Shown: in pieces, positions 62,687 through 64,000 of the stretch
How positions within the stretch are numbered: position 1 is the stretch's first letter
How the letters are laid out: every line of letters begins with the position of its first letter
Source: Christensenellaceae bacterium
Lineage (GTDB): Bacteria > Bacillota > Clostridia > Christensenellales > Borkfalkiaceae
Length of the DNA stretch: 64,000 nt
Assembly: GCA_045586885.1 (NCBI GenBank)
Contig: JAZNBE010000016.1
Span: forward strand, 12,757-76,756
Reading direction: 5' to 3'
Notes under the pieces: generated by a model
Told to the model about the DNA's origin: nothing
The model's input: only the letters and a program-made list of their open reading frames with translations
Databases searched by the model: none
Made by a program: the position numbers and the translations under genes

Positions 62687-63232
62687 ATGAAATACTTAAT
62701 TGCGAGCGATATTCACGGCTCTAACTATAACGCAAAACTTTTATTAAAAGCCTTTTATAATGAAAACGCAGATAAGTTAATTTTGCTAGGCGATATTTTG
62801 TATCACGGAGCAAGAAACGATTTAACAAACGATTATAACACTAAAGAAGTTGCGCGCCTTTTAAATTCAATTAAAGATAAAATAGTTTGCGTTAGGGGTA
62901 ATTGCGATAGCGAAGTTGACCAAATGGTTTTAGAATTTTCTATCGAAGAAGATTTAAAAATTATCGAGTTTTATAAAAGGAAAATAGCGTTAATTCACGG
63001 TCATAAGCGTTTTGAAGAAGCGCTTATGAGATTAAATGGCGGCGATATCTTATTATCAGGGCACACGCATATTCCAGTTTATCAAAACTATAATGGTGTT
63101 TATCATTTTAACCCGGGCTCAACGTCAATTCCAAAAGGCGGAAGTCATCAAGGCTATATTTTATTAGAAGAAAATAAGGCTACGTTTAAAAACTTTTTTG
63201 GCGAAATTAAATTTGAAGTTGAATTAAAATAA
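62687..63232 (+). CDS. YfcE-type metallophosphoesterase
   Basis: SDIHGS, GDILYHG, GNCDS, GHTH motifs. Confidence 0.85.
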   Translation: MKYLIASDIHGSNYNAKLLLKAFYNENADKLILLGDILYHGARNDLTNDYNTKEVARLLNSIKDKIVCVRGNCDSEVDQMVLEFSIEEDLKIIEFYKRKIALIHGHKRFEEALMRLNGGDILLSGHTHIPVYQNYNGVYHFNPGSTSIPKGGSHQGYILLEENKATFKNFFGEIKFEVELK

Positions 63233-63240
63233 ACAAAAAA

Positions 63241-63267
63241 ACGACGATAATTTATCGTCGTTTTTTT
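63241..63267. terminator. bidirectional terminator
   Basis: ACGACGATA-loop-TATCGTCGT stem with A-run before and T7 after. Confidence 0.8.
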
Positions 63268-63288
63268 GTTTGGGGTTTATTAAAAACG

Positions 63289-64000
63289 TTAGTTAATCGA
63301 CTTATTGACCGCCGTTTTTTGTTTTTTAAGGTTTTTAGGGCTATCGAAAAGCGCGTTAATTTCGTTTATCGTTTCACTATAATCGTAACTAAAGAAACTA
63401 ACTTCGAATTTTTCGCCGATTTCCATTATAGGATCTTCGTCAATTATTAAATTGCCTTGTTCATCGTAGTTATTAATTTGTTTAACGATGCACTCGGGTG
63501 GCCAAATAACGCCTTTAACTTCTTTGCCGACAACGAAAGAGTTTTTCTCAACCGTTTTTTCAACGGTATAATGTTGTTTGGTTTTTCCTTTGTTTTTGTT
63601 TTCAACAAGCCAGTGTAGTTGCGTTTCGTAAAGAGGGGCAACGTGGAGAGATTCAATTACGAAATAGGCTAGCATTATGGCAATTCCAGTTGCTAAAAAA
63701 CCGCTAAGAAGTTGACCAGTCGTTTCAACTATTAAAACGATTGCGGTTAAAGGCGAACGAAGTATTGCGCCCATAAACGCGCTCATCGTTATTAAAATAA
63801 TGGCTTTATAATAAATATGGTCAATTCCAAGAAGAATGCAAACTTTTGCTAATATCGTTCCAAATAACGCGCCCATAACGAAAGTTGGAATAAAAATTCC
63901 ACCGCAAGCGCCGTTTCCTGAGCATAGGGCAATAAGTAAAAGTTTTACAAGAAGTAGTAGAACTAAAAATTCAATGGTGAATTTATCTGGGTTTAGAGCA
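63289..64000 (-). CDS. ClC-family chloride channel, C-terminal part with RCK_C/TrkA-C-like domain (5' end outside window)
   Basis: Frame is open to the window edge: ..GNGACGGIFIPTFVMGALFG..GAILRSPLTAIVLIVETTGQ typical ClC motifs. Confidence 0.85.
   Translation of the reverse strand, partial: ALNPDKFTIEFLVLLLLVKLLLIALCSGNGACGGIFIPTFVMGALFGTILAKVCILLGIDHIYYKAIILITMSAFMGAILRSPLTAIVLIVETTGQLLSGFLATGIAIMLAYFVIESLHVAPLYETQLHWLVENKNKGKTKQHYTVEKTVEKNSFVVGKEVKGVIWPPECIVKQINNYDEQGNLIIDEDPIMEIGEKFEVSFFSYDYSETINEINALFDSPKNLKKQKTAVNKSIN

Overview
AT-rich chromosomal segment from an endospore-forming, low-GC Firmicute (Clostridia-like; spoIIR, sleB-ypeB, a spo0A-like gene and veg are present). All calls rest on reading the sequence and ORF translations; no database search was run. 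Layout: (1) 1-2300, ribosomal protein cluster rplK-rplA-(L10 leader)-rplJ-rplL, not followed by rpoBC. (2) 2600-10500, spo0A-like gene with a degenerate receiver, an acidic zinc-ribbon protein, veg, ispE, a ~400 bp non-coding palindromic mosaic element, then spoIIR-sleB-ypeB. (3) 10500-19000, two-component system, lipid genes, queG-like, YgiQ radical SAM. (4) 19050-27400, an 8-gene aromatic amino-acid operon (pheA-aroB-aroC-aroE/K-aroQ-aroA-tyrA-DAHP synthase) behind a Phe/Tyr-rich leader peptide and terminator. (5) 27400-37300, housekeeping and miscellaneous genes including rubrerythrin, an RCC1-repeat protein and an EF-G paralogue with a degenerate GTPase centre. (6) 37400-47300, accessory patch with four beta-helix/pectate-lyase lipoproteins around IS30 and IS3 transposase remnants, tRNA-Gln(CUG) and a second copy of the mosaic element. 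(7) 47500-52300, nucleobase permeases, upp and a YugP peptidase. (8) 52600-62640, a sigma/anti-sigma pair, then a tightly coupled operon: coiled-coil polytopic membrane protein, TM-less 1187-aa FtsK/SpoIIIE-family ATPase, two ~95-aa helical WXG100-like proteins and three further coupled genes. This operon is my best candidate for an undescribed, type VII-like export system. A ~25-nt REP-like motif built on GGCTTATAGCC recurs at least 12 times in intergenic DNA. No rRNA, CRISPR array or intact mobile element was seen.
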